Part shown: in pieces, positions 40,386 to 53,879 of the stretch
How positions within the stretch are numbered: position 1 is the first letter of the stretch
Layout: every line of letters begins with the position of its first letter
NCBI RefSeq assembly: GCF_018350175.1
Contig: NC_058377.1
Location: 62,000,001-62,064,000, forward strand
Direction: 5' to 3'
DNA length: 64,000 nucleotides
Source of the DNA: Felis catus
Taxonomy: Eukaryota
Translations under genes and position numbers: made by a program
Notes under the pieces: generated by a model
Databases searched by the model: none
What the model saw: only the letters and a program-made list of their open reading frames with translations
What the model was told of the DNA's origin: nothing

Positions 40386-41333
40386 TCATTCCGTAGCCTT
40401 GGTGGAAAACAAAAGTATGACCTTATCTCGGATCTGCTTGGTCTTCACTCCATAGACAATGGGGTTGAGTGCAGGGGGAATAACTATGTAGAGGTTGGCA
40501 AACAGGATGTGGAAAGTGCGGGAGACATTGTGTCCAAAGCGATGGGCAAGGATGGAGAAAAAGGCGGGTGTATAAAACATGAGGATGACACAGACATGGG
40601 AACCACACGTGCCAAGGGCTTTGTGGCGGGCATCCCGGGAAGGGAGGCGGAAGACGGCACGGAGGATGAGGCTGTAAGAAACGGCAATGAGAATCACATC
40701 TGAGATGACCGTCATGATGGGGACACCAAAGCCATACCAGATGTTGACGGAGATGTCAGCACAGGCGAGCCGGGCAACACCTATGTGCTCACAGTATGTG
40801 TGCGGTATGATGCGTGTCCTGCAGAAAGGCAGGCGTGTGAGCAAGAATACAACTGGAAGGATAATGCAGAAGCTTCGAAAGGAGATGCCCACTGCAATCT
40901 TGATGATGGTCCTGGGAGTCAGAATAGTGGTGTACCTCAGGGGAGAGCAGATGGCCACGTAGCGGTCAAATGCCATGGCCATCAGGATGGCTGAATCCAG
41001 GACAAAACTATAGTGGAGGAAGAACATTTGTGTAAGACACCCTGGGAATGTGATTTCTCGAGCCCCGAGCCAAAAGATACTGAGTGTCCTGGGAACACCA
41101 GCTGTGGACAGGACGAGGTCAGTCATGGCCAGCATGGCGAGAAAGGAAAACATGGGTTCGTGAAGGCTACGCTCCACCGTGATGAGGTAGAGAAGGATGC
41201 AGTTTCCCACCACGGCCACAATGTAGATGATACAGAAGGGAATCCCAATCCACACATGGCATTGCTCCAGGCCTGGGATCCCCACCAGAATGAAGGGTCC
41301 TGGGTTGTAATTGCTCAGGTTGAAAGTGACCAT
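40386..41333 (-). CDS. OR52H1: Olfactory receptor 52H1, intact, 315 aa
   Basis: MVTFNLSNYNPGPFILVGIPGLEQCHVWIGIPFCIIYIVAVVGNCILLYL closely matches human OR52H1 as recalled; MAFDRYVAIC, PHTYCEH, KALGTCGSH, PPALNPIVYGVKTKQIR. The ORF-track start at 41351 is GTG. Confidence 0.92.
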   Translation of the reverse strand: MVTFNLSNYNPGPFILVGIPGLEQCHVWIGIPFCIIYIVAVVGNCILLYLITVERSLHEPMFSFLAMLAMTDLVLSTAGVPRTLSIFWLGAREITFPGCLTQMFFLHYSFVLDSAILMAMAFDRYVAICSPLRYTTILTPRTIIKIAVGISFRSFCIILPVVFLLTRLPFCRTRIIPHTYCEHIGVARLACADISVNIWYGFGVPIMTVISDVILIAVSYSLILRAVFRLPSRDARHKALGTCGSHVCVILMFYTPAFFSILAHRFGHNVSRTFHILFANLYIVIPPALNPIVYGVKTKQIRDKVILLFSTKATE

Positions 41334-43621
41334 GGTCGAACACGGTGACACAGGCCTCAGGTCCTGAGGACAGAGGGTAGTAGAGAGTAGTTAGGGTCAC
41401 GTGAGTCACTCTCACTTCCAACCACTCATGACTATTGACTCCTAAAGGTAAGATGATTTATCATTCAACGTGGGACACCTTTGAAGTGAAAATAGGTTGA
41501 TATTAAAACGACTGCAGGGAACTTGCATAATCCTGGATTGTCTCAGATATATTGAGATATATAGTCATACTACCTAACGAGAATATGTTCATTCTTCTGG
41601 CCACCTTTGCCCTGTACACAACTCCTCCAAGCAGCTTTCCAGATGGGCTGCAATCACTCTTCTCATTTTATGGTATGCCACTGATACCAGTTTAAAATTA
41701 CAGCACATACTTTTTCCAGGTGGAAATAGTTTCTGTGAATTCACAGACATTATTGTTTGCTTGGTCTTGACAAGACCTTGACAAGATCTGCTTGCTCTGT
41801 CATGTGGAATTTCAAAATTTGTCCCAGGATACTTGCTTGCTCTTTCAAGGATCTGTGATGACCATGGCTCTCAGTTTTGTGAGGTCAACACCCCTTCATG
41901 GCCATGCAAAAATATAGTCAATTCAGCAAACACAAATTGAGTTCCTACTCTACACTGGATAATACGTATAACAAAGAAAAATTAGCAAAGTTCCATCTAG
42001 TGAAGTTCTTGGGTCCTTACTCCTCTCCTCCCCACACACACACACAAAACTCATTTTCAAGTACCCCTTAGCTATACAGCTGTATAACATCCTAACATTT
42101 GAACTAATAACACTCCAAGTTGAGATTTCTGTCCAGAAGACAAGTGTGTCCTCATAAACTCATATCCTATTGGATATAAACACAGGCCCCTCGAGATACA
42201 TTGTCTCAGATACACACAATTTATATTTATGATCTCAAATATTCCCTGATCTATACTTACATTCTCTCATACATTTCACCATAATAGATTCACCTACCTA
42301 TGCTCCTACAAGATACACTCCCCCTAGCACCTTGCTCTCTGTGTCACACATACTCACACAGACCTTACACATATGCATACACCATACACATCATACACAA
42401 GGCGCACATCATACAAACACATGGCGACAAAAATATAAACAACATATTTCACAAATGAATTATGGAACTGCTAGTTGCCATGTACGTTTTTACTTGCAAA
42501 GCTGCTCTTTCAAAGACTAGTTTCCTTACCTTCTTCTTCCTCCAGTGATGTCAGTACATAGGAAGTTACTTATAATCTACACATAACCAACCACAGAGCA
42601 AGGCCAAGCACTCCCAGGAGCAGCACTGGGAGAGGAAGATGGTGATGTTCCTACACCTACGATTCCTGGACTTACAAGGCCAAGCTCATGTTCAGCCTTG
42701 TGCCAACCCCCGCGTTTTAGCTCATTCTAAGACCCAGCTCGTCAGACTTACTTTCATCACTCTTCTGCTTTTGGGAAAGGGAAACAAAATACTCTCTTCT
42801 TTTCTTTCTGAACCCCCCATTTCTATCAGTAAAAAGGTGTAAAAACACTTTTCTTGGAGCAACAAAACCCTCCTCCATAGCATCTCCTTTGTATTAGGTT
42901 CTGGGCTCTGGGAACACATTCACTGTTCAAAGGTGGCCACAGTCCAGCTCCCATTTGCTGAGTATTCCTGCTCTCCAGCTGAGTGACCTTCATCTGGTTC
43001 TTAAGCATGGAGGGCACCTAGTCACCACCTGTCACCAACAGGAGAGAGCTGATTAGGTTGTTCAGGCTTCTTGTGAAAAGTTCCATCCATGTGCTGGTCA
43101 CGTCCTAGAACAAAACCCACATCAGGTCCTTGAAACCAGTGCTTGGAATCGCTTCTCTCCCAGCTCCTGTGAGGTCGTCCTTTATTCACACCTATGCGAG
43201 GAGGGATCTTCTCTAGTTTTTGTGTGTCATGCACTCAGACACAACGCATCTTCATACAGTCATCCAAGCATCTACAAACACACATACAGACACACATGGG
43301 GCGAGTGAACTCTGAGGCTTGTCATTCTAAGGTCAGATGAATCTGGAATGTGGGGCAATCTATGAAAGAGTCCGGTCAGTTCACCAAGTCAGTGCCACCA
43401 ATAGAGTACAGGGAACATAGATGTTCAAAATACTTTTCTAGATTAAATGAATTTAAGAAAGTGAAAGAAGAAATTCTTGATTGGATTCTGTTGAAACAAA
43501 TCAGTAATGGAATATGATGTATAATTGTGGGAATTTAAATAAGACTCAGGTAATGGATGATATAAAACATAAGTACTCATTTTATTAAATTTTGTGTGTA
43601 TAGCATTATGGTAGATAAGCG

Positions 43622-43625
<4 letters not shown>

Positions 43626-43672
<47 letters not shown>
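43626..43672. repeat. (CA)n microsatellite
   Basis: Direct reading; others at ~20417-20451, ~43939-43967 and ~57595-57630, with (TA)n at ~47794-47831. Confidence 0.95.
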
Positions 43673-43675
<3 letters not shown>

Positions 43676-46576
43676 TGCCACAGTATCTCAGTAAAGGATG
43701 GGCCAAAAGGATATGCTATGGAGCCAGATGGGTGAGCACTTTCGTCCCAGATCCATATTTATTGTCAACCTGTGTGGACATACCTGAACGATAATCCTTA
43801 GGTCCCACATTTTTCAAAAGAGCCTAATATCTATAATTCTCATTTATTATAAGGACAAATAATAGATCATATTTGATATCACCTGTATCATCAGATGACA
43901 GAGACAGACAGATGCATATACTAACCAGAGTATCCCCGGCACACACACACACACACACACACACACATCTGCACACTTATCCCAAGTTTTAGGTGAGGAC
44001 GGTGAGTCCTTGTCACATGTCGGACCCAGAAGTTTGCTGAACTCAGTTACTTGGCCATGCTTAACCCAGGTGTATGACTGTGCATCCGTTCAAATCTTTT
44101 GTGGTCCCTTAAATGGAGTATCTGTGTGAGTCGTGTGACCATGACCTGGACTTCTAAGTGGAAATCACTCCAGAAAGGAAGCGACAGTCTCAGTGCGTGT
44201 CTTCTGGAAATGGAGCCCTGAGCATTCACCCAACCCCTCTTTCTGGCCAATCCTGGTCCAGGCCCCACACCACAAACAGCCAACACTCACCTATTCATGG
44301 AGATTGGGCCAGACCAGAAGAAGAAAGGTCATGCTGAGAGATAGCCAGAAACTGCAGGAGGTGCAAACACACCAAACAAAGAAAACAATGGACGGGAAAG
44401 CCCGGGACTGGTGGACAGGTAGATTCCCTGCCCATTTATTATTTCTGGCTGATGTTCAATGGGGGGGAGGAAGAGGTAAATAGGGCCTCAGGGACATCCT
44501 ATCACTCTCAAGGGGAGAATGGAAAGAAGTTCACATTAACCCTGCCCATGCCTGGCAGTTCCTATTGCCTACAGTTGTTTATTTTTATGTTTTGCATCAC
44601 ACGTGAGCCCGTATGCCTACGGGACATGGCTGTGCACATGCCCACCTGCTACATCTCCTCAGGTTCCAGCTCATGTCCTTGCCTCTGTGCTAAAGGGCTT
44701 GGATGACGCACTTAATGTGTGCAAGAAGGTGGTAATACAGTACCTACCTCTCGAGATTCTAGAAGGGTGACCAACTAGATAGAACAGTGCTTGTGAAAAT
44801 GTTTAACACAGTGCGGGCTCACTGAGCCCTTGTTAAACTGCTCACATGGCCCATGTCAAGATGCTCTACTGCCTTCAAAGTGGGGCCCCAGCATCTGCCT
44901 TCATAGGCTCCACAGTGGATCTCTGTGCCTTGTTTTCCCCTGGGGGCCCAATGCATATGTGGATGTGAGCATTACAACCGGAAAACAAGAAAGTGGGTTG
45001 GCACTGCCTCTACGGAGGCAGAGGAGAGCAGATCCTGGGCGCTATTTCCTTTGATGGCCAAAGTCAGTATGTTGCCCTTGGCAATCCAGTGGCTGCTGTT
45101 TTGCAATATCTTTGCCTGAACATCCCATTTTTATTTGAAATCCATCACGTCCTGAACTGCATCCACTCCCCACCCTAGCCCTGCTCTTAGTGCTCCCAGG
45201 ATCAGCAAATGTCACTTTACTGCTCATGAGGATTCAGGTTTCTTATAAAAATGTGCTGCTGAGCCCTTTTAAAATGCCCTCGAGCCATTCCCTTTTCTTT
45301 CTCATTGTCCAGCTACCTTCACTTCTTACCTACATCACTCTCATGGCTTCCTAAAGGATCAGCGTATTTCCTTGTGTCTCCCTCCTGCCTCTCCCCTCTG
45401 CACACTGCTCCTCCTACCTTGTGTATCTGATCATGTCCTCCCTTCGCTTCAATCCTGTTCTGTTCTCACCTCTGAGTCCTGGCACCTGCTACTTCCAGTA
45501 GTTTTGTCAGTCTTCATGTTTATTTTCCTCTTATCTTTACGTTTTCCTTAATGGGACTCAACCTCAATTGAAACACTAATATAATTTTTATTGGTAAAAA
45601 CCAATATGAACAATAAAGTACAATCTTGTGGGAAGACTACCAGATATGCCCACCTACACTCTTGGTGGCTTGGAGGCCCAGGTCTGTTTAGACCTGACAG
45701 GCGCTTATCCCTCAGATCAGCAGCCAGGTCACTGTCCCTGGGACGGCACAGCCAGAGTCTCTGTCTCTATGCTTGCATAGACATTGGTCAATAACCCTGA
45801 GTAGTGGACCCCAAATTGCCAATTGTTGGTCTTTGTCTCATCCACAGGCATAGTTCCTTCTGGTTGGACACACTGTACAAAACTTTCATTTGTTCCAATG
45901 GCTATCGTTTTAAATCCTGTATCGCAAGACTGTTGAAAACAACGGTCAAATGCACAATGGTGTTTTGTTTGATGTACTAGAAGTGGAAGTTCCTTGGCCA
46001 ATATTTTACAGGAAGAGGAGATATGTTTAAGTCATATAAGTGTACAATCCTTACCTTTGGTGTAATCTGTCCCCTTCCGGAAACGTCTGCATTCCTTTGT
46101 TGATTATGTGGAGCAGAGCTGGTTATGGAAACTTGAATGAGTCTCATGTGAACACCTGGTCCAATCAGAAGGTTATGTAGAACTTGCAGCTTAGTGTTGT
46201 CTAATAAAAATCATTGTCTTGGGCTAATAAAAATCATTGTCTCAGTTAATGATTTCCACTGGACTAAATAGGAATGTGCCCCGGTGCCCCTTCCCACTTT
46301 ATTTATAATTTACATCCTAAAAAATTGAGTCACACCTCTCAGCCTTCCCACTTCCTTAAATATCATCAAAAACTATTATTTTACACACAGATATTATGGT
46401 TCTATTCGCAAGATCGAAGGGTAGCACCTTAATGGACAACTGGCCCTCTGTCTAGGATGCCCCATAGGAGTCCTGACCCACTATTTCAAAATGGTATTTC
46501 CTACAATTCAATCACCACCGTGTCTGTAGCAGTATGTTTAACTTAAAATCATGTTACTTTTAAAAAAAGTGATTTA

Positions 46577-46780
46577 GGGGCGCCTGGGTGGCGCAGTCGG
46601 TTAAGCGTCCGACTTCAGCCAGGTCATGATCTCGCGGTCCGTGAGTTCGAGCCCCGCGTCGGGCTCTGGGCTGATGGCTCAGAGCCTGGAGCCTGTTTCC
46701 GATTCTGTGTCTCCCTCTCTCTCTGCCCCTCCCCCGTTCATGCTCTGCCTCTCTCTGTCCCAAAAATAAAAACGTGGAAA
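46577..46780 (+). mobile_element. Young SINEC_Fc
   Basis: Near-consensus felid SINE; TSD aaaaaaagtgattta at 46562-46576 and 46781-46795. Confidence 0.95.
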
Positions 46781-47208
46781 AAAAAAAGTGATTTAGTGGT
46801 GAAATGAGTAGGGAGGAATTTCCTTATGCCTATTTGAATATTTTATACACGCTGAGTTTGGCCCCTATCAATTACTTGAACTGCTATTTCATTATTTTGC
46901 ACAGAATGAAATCGGAGTTTTTTCATGTAGGCTGAGCAAAGCTTTTCTATTGTTTTGTTTCTAATTTGTGGTGAAATTGCCTTTCCTTCAGGCGGTTGAG
47001 GGGTTAAGTGTTTTCTTGAGCAAAGAGGCTGCCCACCTCCTGAGGGTTAAAATGTATGTGAAAGGGTAGTAGAGTGACTGCTGAATCCAGGGAGCCACCA
47101 CCGCCCCAAACTATGACAAACCCCGTAAAAAACAATAGATTTAGGAATAATGTTTTAAAATACAATTTGGACTTAGTTGCTGCCTTGATTAAAATTCCTA
47201 TGACTTCC

Positions 47209-47424
47209 GGGGTGCCCAGGTGGCTCAGTTGGTTAAGTGTCTAACTCTTGATCTTGGTTCAGGTCTCATGGTTTGTGAGTTCAGGTCCCATGTTGGGCTC
47301 TGCAATAATGGCACAGATCCCGCTTGGGATTCTGTCTTTCCTTCTCCCTGCCCCTCCCTGCTCATGATCTCTCTCTCCTCTCTCTCTCTCTCTCAAAATC
47401 AGAAAACTTCAAAAAAAATTATAG
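47209..47424 (+). mobile_element. CAN-SINE
   Basis: TSD aattcctatgacttcc at 47193-47208 and 47425-47440. Confidence 0.92.
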
Positions 47425-47719
47425 AATTCCTATGACTTCCCATTGTTCTTAGAATATTACACTCCTTAAAATGATCTGGGTTTTCCAATCTTCTGCAACA
47501 TTACCATTTTGTATTCTGTCTATCTAACCCCTTCCCCCCCACATTAGATTCCAGTTCCTGTAATGCACAGAGACTTTTCAGCTCTGTGTCTTCTCATGTG
47601 CTACTTCCTTGCCTTTCTTCCTTCCTTCATTCCTTCCTTCTTTCCTTCCTTCCTTCCTCTCTCTTTCTTCCTTTCTAAGTAAGCATCTTGCCATCTGTTC
47701 ATCCATAAATGTTTACTTT

Positions 47720-47788
47720 CTTATTTTTTTCAGATTTATTCAGGTATAAATGGCAAATAAAATTATATATAAAGTGTACTAAGTGATG

Positions 47789-47834
<46 letters not shown>

Positions 47835-50800
47835 GAAATTTTACCACAATCAAGTTGGTTAACATGTCATATCGTTGTGTGTGTGTGTGTATGTGTGTGT
47901 GTTTAGTGAGAACACTTATCATCTACTCTCTTAGTAAATTTCAAGGAAACAATACAGTATTATAAAGTATAGTCATTGTGCCTAACATTAGATCTCTAGA
48001 ACTTATTCATCTTATAAGTGAAATTTTGGACCTTTTCTCCAACATCTTCTTGTGTCCCCCCAACCCAGCCCCTAGGAACAATCATTTTACTCTTTGTTTT
48101 TATGAGTCTGATTTTTTATTTTTAGATTCCACATACAAATGATACCACACAGCATTTGTCTTTCTCTATCTGGCTCATTTCACTTAGCATAATGCACTTC
48201 ATCCATGTTGTTGCAAAAGGCAAGATTTCATTCTTTCTCATGTCTAAATAATATTCCCTCGTATAAAATGTGATGTACATATATCTACTCATCCAAACAC
48301 GGACACGAGTTCTTTCCATATTTTGTTTATTGTGAACAATGCTGCAATGAACATGGGAGTGCAGATAATCTCTTCAAGAGACAAATTTTGCTTTCTTCCA
48401 ATATGTACTCAGATGTAAGATGGCTGAATCATATGAGAGTTTTAATTTTTTGAGGATCATTCATACTGTTTGCCATAATGGCTGTAACCATTTACATTCC
48501 TGCCAGCAGCATACTCCTTTTTCTCCACTTCCACGCCAACATTTGTTATCGTCTTTTTGACATTAGCCATCCTAACAACTGTGAGATGATTTCAGACTAT
48601 GCTTCTAATGTGCATGTCCATGATGATTAGTGATGCTGAGCACATTTTCATGTACCTGTTGCCCACTCAAATGTCTTCTTCCTTCTTACTCCATACATAA
48701 AAGTAAACTCAAAATGGATGAAAGACCCAAATGTAAGACAGGAAGCCATAAATAACCTCGAGAAGAAAGCAGGCAAAAACCGCTTTGACCTCGGCCTCAG
48801 CAACTTATTACTGAACATGTCTCCAGAGGCAAGGGAAACAAACGCTAAATGAACTATTTGGACCTCATCAAGATAAAAAGCTTCTGCATGGCAAAGGAAA
48901 CAATCAGCAAAACTAAAAGGTAACTGACAGAATGAGAGAAGATATTTGCAAATGACATATCAGATTAAGGGTTAGTACCCAAAATCTGTAAAGAACTTAC
49001 CAAACTCAACACCCAAAAAAACAAATAATCCAGTGAAGAAACGGGCAAAGATATGAGAAGACACTTTCCAAAGAAGACATCCAGATTGCTAACACACACA
49101 TCAAAAAATGCTCAACATCACTCCTCATCAGGGAAATACAAATCAAAATCACAATGAGATATCACTTCACACCTGTCAGAATGGCTGACATGAACAACTC
49201 AGGCAACTCAGGCAAGGNNNNNNNNNNNNNNNNNNNNNNNNNNNNNNNNNNNNNNNNNNNNNNNNNNNNNNNNNNNNNNNNNNNNNNNNNNNNNNNNNNN
49301 NNNNNNNNNNNNNNNNNNNNNNNNNNNNNNNNNNNNNNNNNNNNNNNNNNNNNNNNNNNNNNNNNNNNNNNNGGTGTGCTGTTGCGAAGGGGCACATGCA
49401 CCCCAATGTTTATAGCAGTGCTAACAACAATAGCCAAAGTATGGAAAGTACCCAAATGTCCACCCACTGATGAATGAAATGGATAAAGATGTGGTATATA
49501 CAATGTAGTATTACTCGGCAATCCAAAAGAATGAAATCTTGCCATTTGCAACAGCATGGATGGAACTAGAGGGTATTATGCTAAGCAAAATTAGAAAAGA
49601 CAAATATATGTCTTCACTCATATGAGAAATTTAAGACACAAAACAGATGAACATAAGAGAATGGAAGCAAAAATAATATAAAAACAGGGAGAGGGACAAA
49701 ATATAAGAGACTTAAACATAGAGTACAAACTGAAGGTTGCTAGAGGGGTTGTGGGTGGGGGAATGGACTAAATGGGCAAGAGGCATTAAGGAGGACCCTT
49801 GTTGGGATGAGCACTGGGTGTTATATGTAGGGGATAAATCACTGCATTCTGCTCCTTAAATCATTATTGCACTATATGCTAACTAACTTGGATAAATTTT
49901 TTTAAAATAATTTAAATAAATAAACAAACAAATAAGTAAAAAGTAGTAAATCGCAGAATGTACTACTCTTCAACAATTATGAATAAGCTAGACCAAGATG
50001 TACAGATAAAGTTTATAAGCCACTATTAAATGAAAAAGCAAGTTGCAGGACATATACAATTTTAAATAAACATATCATTAATGATAAGTTTAATAACATG
50101 CAAAGCAATATATGTTGTTTATGGATATATAAAAATATGAGTATTACATACCAATTTAGGATAGTAATTATCATTGGGAAGGAAGGAAGGGAATAAGATT
50201 AGGGAAGGTTAACACCCTTCAATTATATATGTTTTTTTTCCCCTTAAGCTCAATGGTAGCACATGGGTATTTATTGCGTTATTCTCTATATTTCCGTATG
50301 CTTGAAATTTTAAAAACTAATAAAATCAGGATACCGATAAATTACAAACTTCAAAAAAAAATGTCTTCTTCTTTGAGGAAAAAAAGGTCTATTAGGGTCT
50401 TTTGCCCATTGTTTTAATCAGATTATTACTATTTTACCCTGGAGTTGTATGAATTCCTTACATATTTCAGAAATTAACGCCTTATCAGATGTATGGTTTG
50501 TAAATACCTGCCTTTTCTTTGTGTTTATGTTTCTTTTGCTAAGCAGCTTTTTAGTTTGTTGTAGTCCGACTTATTTTATTTCTACTTGCTTTACCTGTGC
50601 TGTTGGTATCATATCCAAAAAATCATTGCCAACAACATCAAAGAGCCATCGTCCCATGTTTTCCTGTAGGAGTTTTATAGTTCCAGGTCTTAAATTTAAG
50701 TCTTGAGTCCATTTCAAATAAAGCTTTGTGAATGGTCTAAGACCAGGGTCTAGTTTTATTCTTTTGCATGTAGATATGCACTGTCCCCAACACCATTTCT

Positions 50801-51235
50801 TGAATAGACTATCCTTTCCATTTTCGGGTCCTTGTTAACAGTATATTCATGGGTTTATTTCTGGCCTCTGTATTCTGTTCCATTTATCTATATGTCTGTT
50901 TTTATACTGGTTTCATAGTGTTTTGATTGTTATAGCTTTGTAATACTGTTTGAAATCAGAAACTGTGATGCCCCAGGTTTGTGCTTCTTTCTCAACACGG
51001 CTTGGCTTGGCTTTTGCAATTCCATACAAATTTTAGGCTTAGTTTTTCTACTTCTATAAACATGCCATTGGTATTTTTATATGGATTATATTGAATCTGT
51101 GGATTTTGGGGGGAATATGTACATTTTATTACTATGAATTCTCCCAGTCCGAACATGGGATACCTTTACACTTACTTGAGTCTTACTCAATTTCTCTGAT
51201 TAAAGTCTTTCAATTTTCAGTGTACAGGTTTTTCA
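47720..51235 (-). mobile_element. Older L1 (3' part), interrupted at 48682-50358 by a younger insertion
   Basis: Minus-strand L1 3'UTR/ORF2 sequence reads continuously across the insertion (tgtacctgttgcccactcaaatgtcttcttc | tttgaggaaaaaaaggtctattagggtc). Confidence 0.82.
48682..50358 (+). mobile_element. 5'-truncated L1 (48682-~49930) plus ~420 bp 3'-transduced sequence
   Basis: 13-bp TSD aaatgtcttcttc at 48669-48681 and 50359-50371 encloses the L1 3' end and the extra sequence, which ends AATAAA (50319) then a short A-run. Confidence 0.8.
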
Positions 51236-52642
51236 CCTCCTCTGCCTGAATCCTCTGCCTCCCTCCCTCTCCCACCTGACTGGCTTTTTCTCATGATTCC
51301 CATCTTTGTTAGAGAAAATAACGCTTCTTTCAGGAAGAGCTTTCTGCTCACCTAAGTGGAAGCTGGTTTCCTCTGAGAGTCTGTCCTCAAGAGCACCGTT
51401 TTTAAAGTTTTGTTGGTGTCTGTGTGTCCTAAAACCTAACACAACTTGAAGTTACATGTCCTTTGGTCTGGTTACATGATTGAGGCTCAGTTCCCTCACT
51501 AAATTACAAACACCAGGAGCATAACACCCATCCCTGTTTTGGTCAACGTAGGAAACAGTTTACCTAACACAGTGCTGCAGATTTAGAAAACATTTGTCAA
51601 ATATTCAGTAAATATTGTTGAATGAATGAATGAATGAATGAAGATTGACTGGAATCTACTCTGTACTCAGAATAATCTAGAATGTTTGGACCACACCAGA
51701 CCTAAGGAGATTTGTATTATATTAGCTCCCAGAAAAGTCTGTAGCCTTTATTAAATGAAAATTTAGGATGTTCTACTGCTCTATACTGAGATGAGGGACA
51801 TAGGAGACCCAATGAAACTATAATTGGTAAGAATGTGACTAATTACCTTACTGGGAGCTTCTCTCTAAGAGCTTTCTGATGATATCTCTTTCTGTTCTTC
51901 ATAACAGGAATAGTTCTATTTCTCTGACCATCTCACTGTCTTCTTATTTGTATGCAGTGCGAATTATGGAACTAAATCATGCTTATCTCTCACATACTCT
52001 AGAGCTTAAATCTTCCCACATATGTAATAAGAGAATAGGAACCCATGAAGATAAAAGTACACTGGCCTATTTCTTACCTTATTTTTTAAAAAAATCTTCA
52101 TCTATGCTTTTGTGTTTTGTCTCTACTATCTTTTCTACTTACACTTCATAACATTTTTATTTATGGTGTTCAAAATACATCAAATAATTTTGGAAGAAAC
52201 TATATATGACTGCTGTCCCATGTAAAAGAACATAGAGTCAAACTATAGTCTCTGTGTCCACAAAAACATATCTTTCTTACTAAAATTATATGTAGAGAGT
52301 TACTGTAAAATGGTGAATCTAATCCCACATGAATGGAGGCAGGAAAAGAGTAGGAGAGAGACCACATAGAACTCTGGTGTTTCATTCAGAGGAAAGGTGA
52401 CCTGTGTTGGGACCACTGAGGGGAGGGAGACGGTACTCACACTCACTGGTAACTCCTAGAGGTTGTTGAGAAAGAAGCAATGAGCATTGAGGACGTCTTA
52501 GATCTGGGAGAAAAGCAGACATCAACTATCCTTGACACTCGACAAACACCAAAAGTAGTGATTCCTTGACTAATTTAGTGACTGAGTGACTGCCTCTGAC
52601 CAAATTAGACATACTGGATTTGAAAAGAGAATGAATCACACA

Positions 52643-52858
52643 GGGGTGCCTGGGTAGCTCAGTCAGATAAACGTCTGACTTCAGCTCAGGTCACGATCTA
52701 ATGGTTCATGGGTTGGAGCCCTGCGTCAGGCCCTGTGCTGACAGCTCAGAGCCTGGAGCCTGCTTCAGATTCTGTGTCTCCCTCTCTCTCTACCCCTCCC
52801 CCGCTCATGCTCTGTCTCTCTCTCAAAAGCAAATAAACATTAAAAAAATTTTTTTAAT
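52643..52858 (+). mobile_element. CAN-SINE
   Basis: ggggtgcctgggtagctcagtcag...aaacattaaaaaaa; degenerate TSD agaatgaatcacaca / agaatgcatcataca. Confidence 0.92.
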
Positions 52859-53394
52859 TAGAAAAAGAATGCATCATACAGATAAAGATACATATTTACC
52901 ATTGGACTACATCTCTTTTGAGATTTGAGAAGGAAGAAGAGACTTGGGCCACCCATTCTTCCAATTGTCCAGGTTTCGATCCCTCATCTCAATCTTTTCC
53001 GTCTCATACTTTTCCTTCCCATTGGCCAAAGGAAGTTAGTGTCATCTTTATATTTGTTCTTAGAGGACTCTAACCACCACACTTCATTTTCCTTCCTCAA
53101 GATTGAATGAAAAATGAGCTTTGCTTTCCTCATTGCCTTCTTTTTGTCCACAATAAATGCCTGCACTCTAATTTAAATTGCATGATTATTTGCCACTTGT
53201 GTATTTGATAAACATTCCTTATGCACCTATTATATGCCAAGGCTCATACTTAAAGTCAAAGTCCAGAACTTCAGAGCTATCACAAGAGAAATTCTGTGAT
53301 CTCCAGTGATGTGTAAACTACTAAGATACATAAAACTGAAAAAAAAAAATCTGTTTCCTTAGAAACATATTTATCATGAAAAACAGATGACCAT

Positions 53395-53590
53395 TTTTTA
53401 TTTTTGTTTTTTATTTTTAGAGACGGAGAGAGAGAATGAGCATGTGAGAGGGTGAGTGAGAGAGACTCTTAAGCAGACTCCACATTCAGCACAGAGTATG
53501 ATGTGGGGCTCAATCCCACAACCCTGAGATCATGACCTGAGCCAAAATCAAGAGTCCGACGCTCAACCAACAGAGTTACCCAGGTGCCTC
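53395..53590 (-). mobile_element. Older CAN-SINE
   Basis: tttttattttt...gagagagaatgagc...agagtccgacgctcaaccaacagagttacccaggtgcctc. Confidence 0.85.
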
Positions 53591-53879
53591 AAGAGATAGG
53601 ATTATTTTATTATTTCAATTAAGAGTTTGATAATCATTTCATAACAATAACGAGAAATTGAAAATATATATACACCGTTTCCCAGACACAGAATTTAGTT
53701 TTTTGCAACTGGAATTAAGGAGTAAAATTCTGACTAAAATAACAGAGTAGGCAAAACTTCAAATCTTCTTAATAAAGAATTTTTTGATCTGTCCCTTCTC
53801 TGAACCACTGGCTACAGGTTCAGCCTTTAAGCTGATATACACTAAGAACTTGCCCCTGCCCACACACTTCAGGCATGCA

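Noticed and set aside
41334-41351. OR52H1 start at 41351
   Set aside because: The codon is GTG; the ATG at 41333 precedes the NLS glycosylation site and gives a normal-length OR.
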